DNA of 64,000 nt, taken from positions 739,104 to 803,103 of the forward strand of contig CBDCCS010000022.1 of the NCBI GenBank assembly GCA_965214935.1, given 5' to 3'. Below, piece after piece: positions 50,106 to 59,389 of this stretch. A program made the translations under genes and the position numbers. How positions within the stretch are numbered: the first letter of the stretch is position 1; the number at the start of each line of letters is the position of its first letter. The notes beneath the pieces were generated by a model. That model had not been told where the DNA came from. It did no database searches and was given only the letters and a program-made list of their open reading frames with translations. The DNA comes from Candidatus Velthaea sp. (lineage in GTDB: Bacteria; Vulcanimicrobiota; Vulcanimicrobiia; Vulcanimicrobiales; Vulcanimicrobiaceae).

Positions 50106-50165
50106 CGCTTCCCGTCACTCGCGTTTCCGGTCACTCGCCTTGGGAAACTCGCCTTCCGGTCACTC
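50106..50165 (+). repeat. Four imperfect ~15-bp tandem repeats (consensus CGCCTTCCGGTCACT)
   Basis: cgcttcccgtcact / cgcgtttccggtcact / cgccttgggaaact / cgccttccggtcact. Confidence 0.7.
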
Positions 50166-50173
50166 AACGAAAC

Positions 50174-50193
50174 CACTCCCGGGGGGAGGAGTG
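50174..50193. promoter_or_regulatory. Candidate CsoR/RcnR operator: CACTCC-C-G6-A-GGAGTG
   Basis: Inverted repeat flanking a G-tract, like RcnR TACT-G6-N-AGTA sites, directly upstream of the csoR-like gene. Confidence 0.55.
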
Positions 50194-50204
50194 TCTTATG
50201 TAGT

Positions 50205-50496
50205 GTGAAACCGCAAAAGTAGTCTTTCGCCGGAGTTAAAAACCGATCTTCAGAGGCGTCTCAAATCGATCCGTGGCCAGGTCGACGGCGTCATGCGGAT
50301 GGTCGACGACGATCGCTACTGCGTCGACGTCATGCGCCAGATATCTGCAATCGTCGCTGCCCTCGATCGCGTCTCGAAGATCGAGCTTACAAATCATTTC
50401 GCGCATTGCTATGCAGACGCGATTCGCAGCGGCGACGATGCGCGAGCGCACGCAGAAATCGCCGAGCTTCTCGGTCTCACGGACGTGGGCCGGTGA
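50205..50496 (+). pseudogene. csoR: CsoR/RcnR metal-sensing repressor with apparent 5' frameshift
   Basis: Frame reads SLSPELKTDLQRRLKSIRGQVDGVMRMVDDDRYCVDVMRQI..NHFAHC (Cys-His-Cys) but has TGA at 50206 and no start before the conserved RL..I.GQ helix; GTG 50205 joins it if one A of CAAAAG is removed. Confidence 0.65.
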
Positions 50497-51662
50497 GCGC
50501 ATTCCTCGCGCACGTCGGCCAGGCACTGGTCGCGGCCCTTGCCATGGCCTGGCAAGTCGCTTGGAGTCTCGTACTCGGCTTTGTCCTGTCGGGCGTTATC
50601 CAGGCGGTCGTCTCGAAGGACCGTATGCGCGAACAACTCGGACGCAGCGGCATACGCGAAATCGCGCTTGCGACCGGCTACGGTGCGGCAAGTTCCAGCT
50701 GCTCGTACGCCGCGGCGGCGCTAAGCCGGACGCTTTTTAAGAAAGGCGCAGGGTTCGCGCCGTCGCTCGCATTTCTGTTCTCGTCGACGAATCTGGTCGT
50801 CGAGCTGGGCCTTATCTTGTACTTGCTAATGGGTTGGCAGTTCACGGTCGCGGAATGGATCGGCGGCATCGTGCTTGTCGCCATCATGTCGCTCCTCGTA
50901 CGGCTGACGTATCCGAAGAAACTCATCGAAGAAGCGCGCGCACATCGAGAGACTGGCGGCGGTCACGAGCACGCCGGCGACACGGTTGAAGGCGCCACGC
51001 TGTGGCAGAAGCTGAGCAATCCGCGCACCCCGGTGCTCGTCGCGCAAAGCGTCGCGATGGACTGGTCGATGCTCTGGAAAGATGTCATCGGCGGGTTTCT
51101 CATCGCCGGCTTCCTGGCCGTTTTCGTGCCGCCGCACGTCTGGAAAACGCTCTTTCTCGCGGGCGCTCCGGCGGCTATCCAAATTCCCGCAAATGCCGTC
51201 GCAGGTGCGGTCATCGCCATCCTGACGTTCGTGTGCTCGATCGGCAATGTGCCGATGGCCGCAATCTTGTGGGGCACCGGCATTTCATTCGGCGGCGTCC
51301 TGGCGTTCTTGTACGCAGACCTCATCGTCTTACCGCTACTCGATGTGTATCGCAAATATTACGGCTGGAAGATGGCGGCATACATTTTCGCCATCTTCTT
51401 TGCAACGATGGTCGGCGCGGCAATGCTCATGGATGTTGTCTTCTCAGCACTGCATGCAGTGCCGCAACCAAACACGCACATGCTGGCGATGGTGGAGACG
51501 TTCTCCTTCAATTACACGTTCTGGCTTAACGTCATTGCAGTCGGCGCAATCGCATGGTTCGTCTATCTCAACGGCAAGCATCCGATGGACATGATGTGTC
51601 ATCACGACCATGCCGATATGGCCGACCACGACCAAGGCGTCGCCGCCGGCCAGGTTTTATGA
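50493..51662 (+). CDS. DUF318/ArsP-family permease with His/Met-rich tail
   Basis: GAASSSCSYAA, STNLVVELG, FVCSIGNVP, ADLIVLP; GTGA overlap with csoR. Confidence 0.85.
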   Translation: MSAFLAHVGQALVAALAMAWQVAWSLVLGFVLSGVIQAVVSKDRMREQLGRSGIREIALATGYGAASSSCSYAAAALSRTLFKKGAGFAPSLAFLFSSTNLVVELGLILYLLMGWQFTVAEWIGGIVLVAIMSLLVRLTYPKKLIEEARAHRETGGGHEHAGDTVEGATLWQKLSNPRTPVLVAQSVAMDWSMLWKDVIGGFLIAGFLAVFVPPHVWKTLFLAGAPAAIQIPANAVAGAVIAILTFVCSIGNVPMAAILWGTGISFGGVLAFLYADLIVLPLLDVYRKYYGWKMAAYIFAIFFATMVGAAMLMDVVFSALHAVPQPNTHMLAMVETFSFNYTFWLNVIAVGAIAWFVYLNGKHPMDMMCHHDHADMADHDQGVAAGQVL

Positions 51663-51895
51663 ACCGTTTCATGTGCTGCAACTGTCGTTCCAGCGTGACA
51701 CGCAGTGATCATCGTTGCGGACCGGCGACCGGGCGAACGTTGCGCGCAAGTCTCGCTCCGACATGGTGGCGTTACGTTAATTACTCGATCCATTGGCTCA
51801 TTCGCGACTTATGTTACAGTACGGCGCGCGCAGCGGCGCCGTGCTCGTAAGCGTTACTCGATCCGTTGCCGGCAATGAGCACCAACGAGCGTGTT

Positions 51896-52801
51896 TTAGC
51901 GCGATGGCACGCGCAGCAGTTCATTCGCCATGAATTCAGCCTTCGTAGCAACCAAATCGCGTATCTCGCATATGCGCGTCAACGGCTGCCCTTTCGGGTC
52001 GGGCAGTCCCCAATCGTCATCAACACGCGGGACACCCTGCACGTCACAACCCATCGTGATAATCCGATCTGCGCGAGCAGCAAGCGCGGGATTGACGAGC
52101 TTCGGGCGAGCGCTCGCAATGTCGATGCCGACTTGCGCCATTGCATTGACGACGCCCGGATCCGGGCGGTCGGCTGCAATCGTACCGGCTGACGCAACTT
52201 CGATTTTGTCGCCGGCGAAGCGCCTTAAGAACGCTTCAGCCATTTGACTGCGGCCGGTATTGTGACGGCAAACAAAGAGCACGAACGGCTTCAAGATTTT
52301 CTCCATCGCGATGACGTCGACAAAGCGGCCTTCAAGCCGCCCTTGTTCGTGGAACGTTCCAACGGTGCGGAATCCGAATTTTTCGTATAAGTGAATGCCG
52401 GCATCGTTAAACGGCAATGCGAAAAGCACGAGCTTGTGAAAGCCCGCTATTTTAGCGCGGCGTTCGAGCGCCGCGAGGAGGCCCGAACCAACGCCGGCCC
52501 CGCGCGCGATGCGCTCGATGTAGATTGAGATATCGGCAACGCCGCGATACGTGCAACGATGCGAATACGGATTGAGCGAGGCCCAGCCGACGATCCGTCC
52601 GGCGCGCTCCGCGACAAGCACGCCGTAGCGATCGACGTGGGCCGCAAACCACTCGTCAATTGCTTCCTCGCTTTTCGGGTCCTCGTCAAGCGTGGCGATG
52701 CGATCGGCGATACCTTCGTTGTAGATTTCCGCGATCGCGGCGAGATCACCAATGTCGGCATCACGGATGAGCGGCGAGATGCGATCGACGGCTAGCGACA
52801 T
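51896..52801 (-). CDS. arsN: ArsN1-like GNAT N-acetyltransferase fused to LMW-PTP type arsenate reductase (ArsC)
   Basis: IYNEGIADRIAT, YSHRCTYRGVAD, RGAGVG (GNAT), then LFVCRHNTGRSQMAEAF, ITMGC, DWGLPDPKG; GGAGG RBS. Confidence 0.85.
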   Translation of the reverse strand: MSLAVDRISPLIRDADIGDLAAIAEIYNEGIADRIATLDEDPKSEEAIDEWFAAHVDRYGVLVAERAGRIVGWASLNPYSHRCTYRGVADISIYIERIARGAGVGSGLLAALERRAKIAGFHKLVLFALPFNDAGIHLYEKFGFRTVGTFHEQGRLEGRFVDVIAMEKILKPFVLFVCRHNTGRSQMAEAFLRRFAGDKIEVASAGTIAADRPDPGVVNAMAQVGIDIASARPKLVNPALAARADRIITMGCDVQGVPRVDDDWGLPDPKGQPLTRICEIRDLVATKAEFMANELLRVPSR

Positions 52802-52855
52802 CGGTATCCTCCAATGAGTGCGCGCGTGTTTCGGCGCCGGCAACCTTAAGCGGCG

Positions 52856-52978
52856 CTAGCCAGCCGAAGAGGGTTGTCCGCCACTGAGCCGTTCGGCCAT
52901 GATACCGGAGCCGACCACCGCTGCGAGCAAGAGCGCCGTGCCGATGGCTTCAGCGGTTGCACGGCGCACGAGGTTCAC
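52856..52978 (-). pseudogene. MIP-family (AqpS-like) channel remnant with internal deletion
   Basis: MNLVRRATAEAIGTALLLAAVVGSGIMAERLSGG then stop; a shifted frame immediately gives TLFGWLAP, typical of the C-terminus. Confidence 0.75.
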
Positions 52979-52979
52979 T

Positions 52980-53420
52980 TCAGCAGCACGCGGCCGACGC
53001 GGCTGCTTCGGCGGCATCGGTTTGACAGCACGATGTGGCGTCGTTGTCTCGTTCTTCGCTTTCGGCGACGACGAAATACGTCTCCCAACGCCGGCCATCG
53101 GGATCGGTTGCCCAGACTTTGTTCTGTACGGCGTAACAGCATGTCTCGTCTATCTCGATGTCGACCGGGTAGCCGGCTTGCTGAAAACGGACAACTGCGA
53201 CATCGACGTCTTCCGGTTTTTCCACGACGACGCCGTAGTGTGCACCTTCGCGAACGTTCGTCGCTGTATCAAGGTCGAGCGCCAGTTCGAGACCGGGCTG
53301 CTCGGTCAAAAATAATGCGTAATCGGAGTAGTGCTTGGCCGGGGCAGACAACAGCAGCGTACGATAAAACGCCACGCTCGCGTCGAGGTCGCGTGTTGCG
53401 AGATTGAGATGCATTTTCAT
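52980..53420 (-). CDS. arsI: ArsI/CadI family VOC metalloenzyme (C-As lyase-like)
   Basis: MHLNL, ETCCYAVQNKVWATDPDGRRWE, extra C-terminal CC pairs; ars operon context. Confidence 0.85.
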   Translation of the reverse strand: MKMHLNLATRDLDASVAFYRTLLLSAPAKHYSDYALFLTEQPGLELALDLDTATNVREGAHYGVVVEKPEDVDVAVVRFQQAGYPVDIEIDETCCYAVQNKVWATDPDGRRWETYFVVAESEERDNDATSCCQTDAAEAAASAACC

Positions 53421-53749
53421 GCAAGAACCTTTGTCGGAAGTACGGATGAAAGGGCCGACTCTAAGCGGCCGCGCGCATCGGGTGCAAGTGAATAGTAGCC
53501 CCAGGTCCCGCGACGTACGGAATTTACGAGACCGGCGTCTTTGAGCAATTTGAGGTGGTGCGATATCGTCGATTGGTTGAGATCGAGTCCGGCGCTAAAA
53601 TCGCAAACGCAGACTTCGTGATCGGCTCGAGCCAGCGTTGCAAGAATCGTGACGCGTGCGGGATCAGCCAGCGCCTTGAACAGCGTCGCTTCGTCCGCCA
53701 CATCCCGATCGTAAACCGGCATCTCTGGACAGCAACGTTGGATCGACAT
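53417..53749 (-). CDS. arsR: ArsR/SmtB family repressor
   Basis: FKALADPARV, EVCVCD, QSTISHHLKLLKDAGLV; N-terminal CC. Confidence 0.93.
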   Translation of the reverse strand: MSIQRCCPEMPVYDRDVADEATLFKALADPARVTILATLARADHEVCVCDFSAGLDLNQSTISHHLKLLKDAGLVNSVRRGTWGYYSLAPDARGRLESALSSVLPTKVLA

Positions 53750-53752
53750 CCA

Positions 53753-53784
53753 TCGATTCTACAGGTTGAATCGACGAATGTCAA
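53753..53784 (-). promoter_or_regulatory. Sigma70 promoter TTGACA-N17-TAGAAT with overlapping inverted repeat (ArsR operator); probably leaderless mRNA
   Basis: -35 at 53784-53779, -10 at 53761-53756, 6 nt before ATG 53749; TCGATTC-N8-GAATCGA at 53753-53774. Confidence 0.8.
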
Positions 53785-54083
53785 TGCAGTCGAGTCGAGA
53801 CTGCAAAATAGTGACGTTTTGCTGGGAGGGGTAAACCTGCGCTAGACTCGCTGTGGATTGACATGTGATCGTAGTCGCGGCACCCGCCGGGTTGACACAT
53901 CTGTGGGTGTAGAGCAGCATATTACAACGCACGATAGCGCAGCGCCGGACGCTCGAATATGCGCAGCGACTGCTCGCGGCTGATGCTTTATGCAATTACT
54001 CCGTCAGACTGCTATGGCACGGCTACACGACACTTTGCGCCGTCGAGTTTCCCCAATACAATTGCGCTTACGCAGCGATTTTT

Positions 54084-55247
54084 CTAAAGTACCGGGAATA
54101 CGAGAAACACTGCGCCGATAGCTGCAATAAATGCGCCGCTGAGTACTTCACCATAGCTCTCAAGCGGGCCGAACGATATGCGTTGCAGCCCGGCAACCGA
54201 CGTCACGCACAATGTTATGTACGTCGCAATGGTTGAAAGTGCGAAGACGATCGCCATTACGGCGATGAGGCCGATGCCGTACTTGCCGGCGGCAAAAAAC
54301 GCCGGAATGCCCTCGACCATCGGCGACGATCCCAGGATCAGGAGCAGCGTTGTGCGCAACGATCGGCGGTGCTTGTGGTCGTGTAGCGGCGGATCGCTGC
54401 TTACAACGAAGCTTTCGTCATGCCACGAATCGGGCCCGTGGTCGTGCAGATGCGTGTGCACGTTCGAGTGGCCGTGCCGATGCATATGGACGTGCGTGGC
54501 GAGCACGTTGGTGCCCTTCGGGCTTGCTACGTATAACGCATTGTCACTTGCCCGTACATTCGCGCCTGGCTCGAGATTATGTTCGTGCTCGTGCTCGCTA
54601 AACGCAGCCTCATACGAATGCACGCGAGCACCCTGAGCGACGAAGACGGTCAGCGAAAATTCGTGCGGTTCCGGTACTTCGTCGCGGGATTCCCAGTAAG
54701 CGCCGCAATTACGAAATTCAAATCGCTGTTCCGATCCTCCGGCGCGCCGTGTTTCGACCCACACGCGATCGCCGCGATGTCCGGAGAGTCGAAAATGCGC
54801 AGGCTGACCGGTCTCAAAAATCGACAGTTCGAGCAAGTCGTGGTCTGCCGCGATTCTTGTCAACTCCGGGCCGTGGATGCCGCTGCTCGACCCATTTCCG
54901 TGTTCATGTCCGTGTCCGTGCCCCGCACCGCTCTGAAGTTCACGCAGCGACGAGATTGCAATCCAACCGCCGAATGCGATCAGCGCGAGACTCGAGACGG
55001 ATGAAACGAGATTGCCGAACCGTGTTGCGAAGGCAACGCCCGCAATCCACACGGCGAATCCAATGATCAGCGTCGACACCGTGTGACCGGTGCCGGCCAC
55101 GAAAGCGGCGCGAGCGACCTCGCGCTTCGTCCAGCCTTGTTGGCGAGCAATGAGCGTAATGGGCACCCAATGATCGGGTACGACGGTGTGCAACACGCCC
55201 ACGGCGGCAACGGCGCTAATGAGAAGCAACTCCGGGCCGACGATCAT
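54084..55247 (-). CDS. Ni/Co transporter-like membrane protein (RcnA/HoxN superfamily) with His-rich soluble insert
   Basis: GVLHTVVPDHW, GHTVST TM motifs; HGHGHEH and HVHMHRHGHSNVHTHLHDH; LGSSPMVEG. Confidence 0.8.
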   Translation of the reverse strand: MIVGPELLLISAVAAVGVLHTVVPDHWVPITLIARQQGWTKREVARAAFVAGTGHTVSTLIIGFAVWIAGVAFATRFGNLVSSVSSLALIAFGGWIAISSLRELQSGAGHGHGHEHGNGSSSGIHGPELTRIAADHDLLELSIFETGQPAHFRLSGHRGDRVWVETRRAGGSEQRFEFRNCGAYWESRDEVPEPHEFSLTVFVAQGARVHSYEAAFSEHEHEHNLEPGANVRASDNALYVASPKGTNVLATHVHMHRHGHSNVHTHLHDHGPDSWHDESFVVSSDPPLHDHKHRRSLRTTLLLILGSSPMVEGIPAFFAAGKYGIGLIAVMAIVFALSTIATYITLCVTSVAGLQRISFGPLESYGEVLSGAFIAAIGAVFLVFPVL

Positions 55248-55848
55248 TGCATCTGCCTCGCGTGCGCCCGCGAGTCTCCGGCGCCGCCACGTTGGTGGCA
55301 ATGGCGAATGTTGCCGGCCGGTCGATCGTCGTCTCGGTCGTCTCGGTCCATCAAAGCTGAAGGCCGGCGTTGAGCGGCGCCCGCGAAGCACGGAACCATC
55401 GCTACGTTCGGCGTTAGCGGACCGCTCGCACGCCGGGACACAAGTGCTTCGGCCATGCCGCTGCGAAAAGCAAGCGGCTTCTTCGTTTTGCAGCCGCTCG
55501 ACATGTAAGCCGTCCGGTCGCGCACGAATTGCTTGGCTAACGCCGCCCTCGCAACCCGGCCCGTTCGCGCGGTACGGCGCATCGCCGAGCGTCGCATTGA
55601 CTGCACGGCGGGATATTAGCAGAAGTACTCGCTAGCGTCAATCGCATTGCACGAGCTTCCGCAAACGACATACGCAATCAAACACGAACACAGACATGTC
55701 CGACGGCATCTATCAAGCTATTTGCTTACTGCGGTAAACTTGGTAAAAAGCTGCACATGCACCACCTCGCACGAGAGCCGATGCCTTCCGTAATCTCACC
55801 CGGGGCGCCGTCAAGTGCAGCGCTGGTCCCGATGCGAAAGTATGAAGC

Positions 55849-56064
55849 ATGAACGATAAGAGCGATTTTGACCGGGATCAGCAGGCCGACGAGTCCCATC
55901 TCCACATGCACGAACACATCGATGGCATTCGCCACGCGCACGAGCATGGCCACCGCGATCACGACCACGACCACGACCACGACCACCATGACCATGACGC
56001 GCACATTCACAGCCACGGAGACGATGCCGTCGAGCACGCTCACGACGGAGGGACCGGGCGTTAA
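55849..56064 (+). CDS. Small His/Asp-rich metal-binding protein (71 aa)
   Basis: HLHMHEHIDGIRHAHEHGHRDHDHDHDHDHHDHD; TAATG overlap with next gene. Confidence 0.75.
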   Translation: MNDKSDFDRDQQADESHLHMHEHIDGIRHAHEHGHRDHDHDHDHDHHDHDAHIHSHGDDAVEHAHDGGTGR

Positions 56065-56441
56065 TGGCACGCGCGCGAGGCTCAGGGTCGATGGGTCCGA
56101 CACGTTCGATGCGATTGCCGCGAGCGCTCGACGAATGGTTCAACGAACGTCTTGACCGGCATCCGGAACGCTCGTCCAGTGAACTCCTCGTTCAATTGCT
56201 GCATGGCGGACTTCGGTTGCGCGAAGGCTATATGGCGATCCATCGGCGCGTCCTCGAGCAGCACATATCTACCGGCGATCGTAAGAGCTATTCGATCTAT
56301 CTCAACTGCTTAACCGATACGTTCGGTCATGAGTACGTTGCGCATCTCGAGAACTGGCTTGCCGGTGAAAACGTCGTCGGCCCGGCGGTATCGAACGATA
56401 CCACTGCACGGAGTGCGTCAACGTCGCTCGACGGAAAATAG
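56064..56441 (+). CDS. Hypothetical 125-aa protein with ribbon-helix-helix-like N-terminus
   Basis: TRSMRLPRALDEWFNERL..SSSELLVQLL pattern; coupled to the His-rich gene. Confidence 0.55.
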   Translation: MARARGSGSMGPTRSMRLPRALDEWFNERLDRHPERSSSELLVQLLHGGLRLREGYMAIHRRVLEQHISTGDRKSYSIYLNCLTDTFGHEYVAHLENWLAGENVVGPAVSNDTTARSASTSLDGK

Positions 56442-56720
56442 CGTTCGGGTTTCACTTACACGTTCATTTTTCGTACGTTTAGCTGTTTACAACGTAGACA
56501 AATTAAACGCTACATCGAATAAACGAGGATCGGTTGTAGACGACGTTCAAGCGTCCTAAGCTAAACCGAGAAACACAGCCAACTCGTAGTCAACGTAGTC
56601 AATTACATTTGTAAACATCCGGCTAACTCCGGCTCGCGTTGATATCGCAGCTAACACAAATATCTGGTTGCACGCTTGCGCGGTACTACGTTGCGTGTAA
56701 CGTGTTGCTGTCATCAGCTT

Positions 56721-56742
56721 CGCAAAGCTGCATAGCTTTGCG
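56721..56742. promoter_or_regulatory. Perfect inverted repeat CGCAAAGCT-GCAT-AGCTTTGCG upstream of TonB receptor
   Basis: Read directly; function inferred. Confidence 0.35.
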
Positions 56743-56856
56743 GCCACTCACTGATCCTTCGCTCAAAAACTATGGCTGAAATTGCCGATGTCTTCGTCAC
56801 CGACGCCTACCAACGCGTTGAGTTTCGACCGTCACTTCGGCCACCGGGAGTTTTGC

Positions 56857-59280
56857 ATGGTCTCAACCTTTGTCTTGGCGCTGGTTTTGGGTCTGCCGTC
56901 AGTACCGGTGGCGCTGCCGTCCGCAAGACCTAACGTCTCGTCAGCTCCGGCCGGTCAGTCAGCACCGTGTCCGTCGAGTTCGCCGGCCGACGTTTCCGCT
57001 GCGCCCCGGCCGACCGCGCTCGGCTCGGCGGCTGCCGCGGCAGCCTTGCCCGAGCCTTGCGTACGCGCGCCGAAGCAAATTGGACGCGTGACGGTCGGCC
57101 GAAAAGCGAACCTTGTCGGTCAAGCGTTGTCGGCGTCGACCGGCACCATCAGCCAAGAGCAGATCGCTACGCGGCCGCTTCTTCGGCCGGGTGAAGTTCT
57201 CGAAGATATCCCCGGTCTTATCATAAGTCAGCATAGCGGCGGCGGCAAAGCCAATCAATATTACTTGCGCGGCTTCCAGCTCGATCACGGTACCAATCTC
57301 GAAGCCAATCTCAACGGTATCCCGGTCAATCTCGGGTCTCACGCGCACGGCCAAGGCTATTCGGATATCAATTATTTGTTGCCCGAACTCGTCGGCTACA
57401 TCGAATTTAAAAAGGGAACGTATTTTGCCGATCAAGGCGATTTTGCGGTTGCCGGCGGTTACAATCTATTTTATCGAAATACGATCGCGCCGACGTCGGA
57501 ATTCACCCTCGGCGATTTTGGTTACGACCGTTTTTTCACCGCAAACACGGTAAAAGTAGGCTCCGGCACTCTGCTTTATGCCGCTGAGATCGCCCACGAT
57601 AACGGTTCGTACGTGCGCGCGGACGAGTATCACCGTTTCAACGGTGCCTTGCGCTACTCGCAAGCACAAGGACCAAACAGTCTCGCCGTTACCGGAATCG
57701 CCTACAACGGCACGTTCAATTCAACCGACCAAATTCCGCAACGTGCCGTCGATCAAGGACTGATCAGTCGCTTCGGGTATATCGATCCGACCGATGGCGG
57801 CAACACCTACCGCTACGCAATCTCTTCGCAATTTAGTCATACCGATCCGAACGGTGCGACGAACTTCAACGCCTACGGCGTGAACTCGCTGCTGAACCTC
57901 TTCTCAAACTTCACCTATAATTATTTCGATGCGAACGACTATTACAACGTGACGCAGAACCCGATCACTTGCAACCCGGCCTATGTGTCTTGCACGCCGA
58001 ACACCGGTACGGCGCAACGCACAAACCGATACCAATCATACTGTCCGGCCAACAACACGGCACCGGCCGGTGCTGCCGTTCGTTCCGTCGCGCTCAGGCC
58101 ATACACGTTCACGTGCGGAGATCAGCGCGAACAAGTTGATAAACGCATGTATTACGGGTTCGACGCGAGCCGCAGCTTTATGACCACGGGAAGCCGGACG
58201 ACGATCGGGGCAGGTATGCGCGACGACAACGCGCCGGTCGTCGGGCTGTACCTAACACATGCTAAGCAGCAATATCCAAACGGAACGCTAAGCGACGATC
58301 ACGTGGTAAACACCTCGGAGTTTGCCTACGTCGAATCGCGTCTGTCGATCGGCTCCAAGCTCAAGCTGACCCCCGGATTACGTTACGACCATTACAATTA
58401 CAGCGTTGCGGCATTCGATCCGGCGAATTCTGGTGCCGCGAACCAAGGGCTGCTCAATCCGAAATTCGCCGTCGCTTATGCCGCTTCACCGCATCAAGAA
58501 TTCTACGCCGACTACGGTGAGAGCTTTCACTCAAACGATGCTCGCGGCGTAATCGGCAATAGCGATCCGCAAACGCACGAAAACTTCGACGCGACCGGCG
58601 CTCCGGTTCAATTCAATTCACCACTTACACGTGCAGTGGGATACGAATTCGGCTACCGCTATTCTTCACCCAAGATCACGTCGACCGTCTCGGTCTTTCG
58701 CTTACTCGTCGCAAACGAACTCATCTTCGACGGCGATCACGGCACAACGTCCGTCGGCGGACCGGACGTACGGCAGGGCATCGAACTATCGAATTTTTAT
58801 ACACCGACCAAGAACTTGACCTTTGATGCGGATCTGGCTACGACGACAGCACGCTTTACGACCGATCCGCTCAATCAAGGTACGGGCGTGCCGGAGTCGC
58901 TAGCGGGTGTGATTTCGGCCGGGGCCACTCTCGATCAGCCGCATTTCGGAGCTAGTTTACGCTTGCGCTACTTTGGGCCGCGCCTGCTCGATACACAAGG
59001 CGACGCCTCATCGCCACCGTCAACGACGTTGAATTCGCAAATAATACTCAAATTGCAGCGACGCAGCAGCGTCTCGCTCGATGTCTTCAACATTTTGAAC
59101 TCGTCGGCTGCGGACGTCACGTATTATTATAATTCATGGCTTAAATCGGATGCGGCAAATGCGACCTTAGCGACCGACTCGGCCGTGAACCCGGCACTGG
59201 GAGGCAGCGGCGTCAACGATTATCATCTTCACCCGTCACAAGCGCGAACCGTGCGGCTCACCTACTCACTTGGGCTGTGA
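56857..59280 (+). CDS. TonB-dependent receptor (probable metal uptake)
   Basis: Signal peptide, plug RPGEVLEDIPGL..QHSGGGKANQYYLRGFQLDHGT, barrel strands, DVFNILN, RTVRLTYSL. Confidence 0.92.
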   Translation: MVSTFVLALVLGLPSVPVALPSARPNVSSAPAGQSAPCPSSSPADVSAAPRPTALGSAAAAAALPEPCVRAPKQIGRVTVGRKANLVGQALSASTGTISQEQIATRPLLRPGEVLEDIPGLIISQHSGGGKANQYYLRGFQLDHGTNLEANLNGIPVNLGSHAHGQGYSDINYLLPELVGYIEFKKGTYFADQGDFAVAGGYNLFYRNTIAPTSEFTLGDFGYDRFFTANTVKVGSGTLLYAAEIAHDNGSYVRADEYHRFNGALRYSQAQGPNSLAVTGIAYNGTFNSTDQIPQRAVDQGLISRFGYIDPTDGGNTYRYAISSQFSHTDPNGATNFNAYGVNSLLNLFSNFTYNYFDANDYYNVTQNPITCNPAYVSCTPNTGTAQRTNRYQSYCPANNTAPAGAAVRSVALRPYTFTCGDQREQVDKRMYYGFDASRSFMTTGSRTTIGAGMRDDNAPVVGLYLTHAKQQYPNGTLSDDHVVNTSEFAYVESRLSIGSKLKLTPGLRYDHYNYSVAAFDPANSGAANQGLLNPKFAVAYAASPHQEFYADYGESFHSNDARGVIGNSDPQTHENFDATGAPVQFNSPLTRAVGYEFGYRYSSPKITSTVSVFRLLVANELIFDGDHGTTSVGGPDVRQGIELSNFYTPTKNLTFDADLATTTARFTTDPLNQGTGVPESLAGVISAGATLDQPHFGASLRLRYFGPRLLDTQGDASSPPSTTLNSQIILKLQRRSSVSLDVFNILNSSAADVTYYYNSWLKSDAANATLATDSAVNPALGGSGVNDYHLHPSQARTVRLTYSLGL

Positions 59281-59389
59281 CGACGGATCGAAAGCGGCAG
59301 CCAGCGTCGACGACGCCGGAATAGCGAACCAGGCGTCCATGTGAATGTTGCCGCAGTGTCACGCACCATCGTGCGCGAAGCGTCGAAAT

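Noticed and set aside
55244..55635. ORFs 55244-55606 (-) and 55186-55635 (+)
   Set aside because: Arg-rich, no motif or clear RBS; cannot be supported
55955..55998. (GACCAC)n tandem repeat as a separate element
   Set aside because: It simply encodes the DH repeat of the His-rich protein
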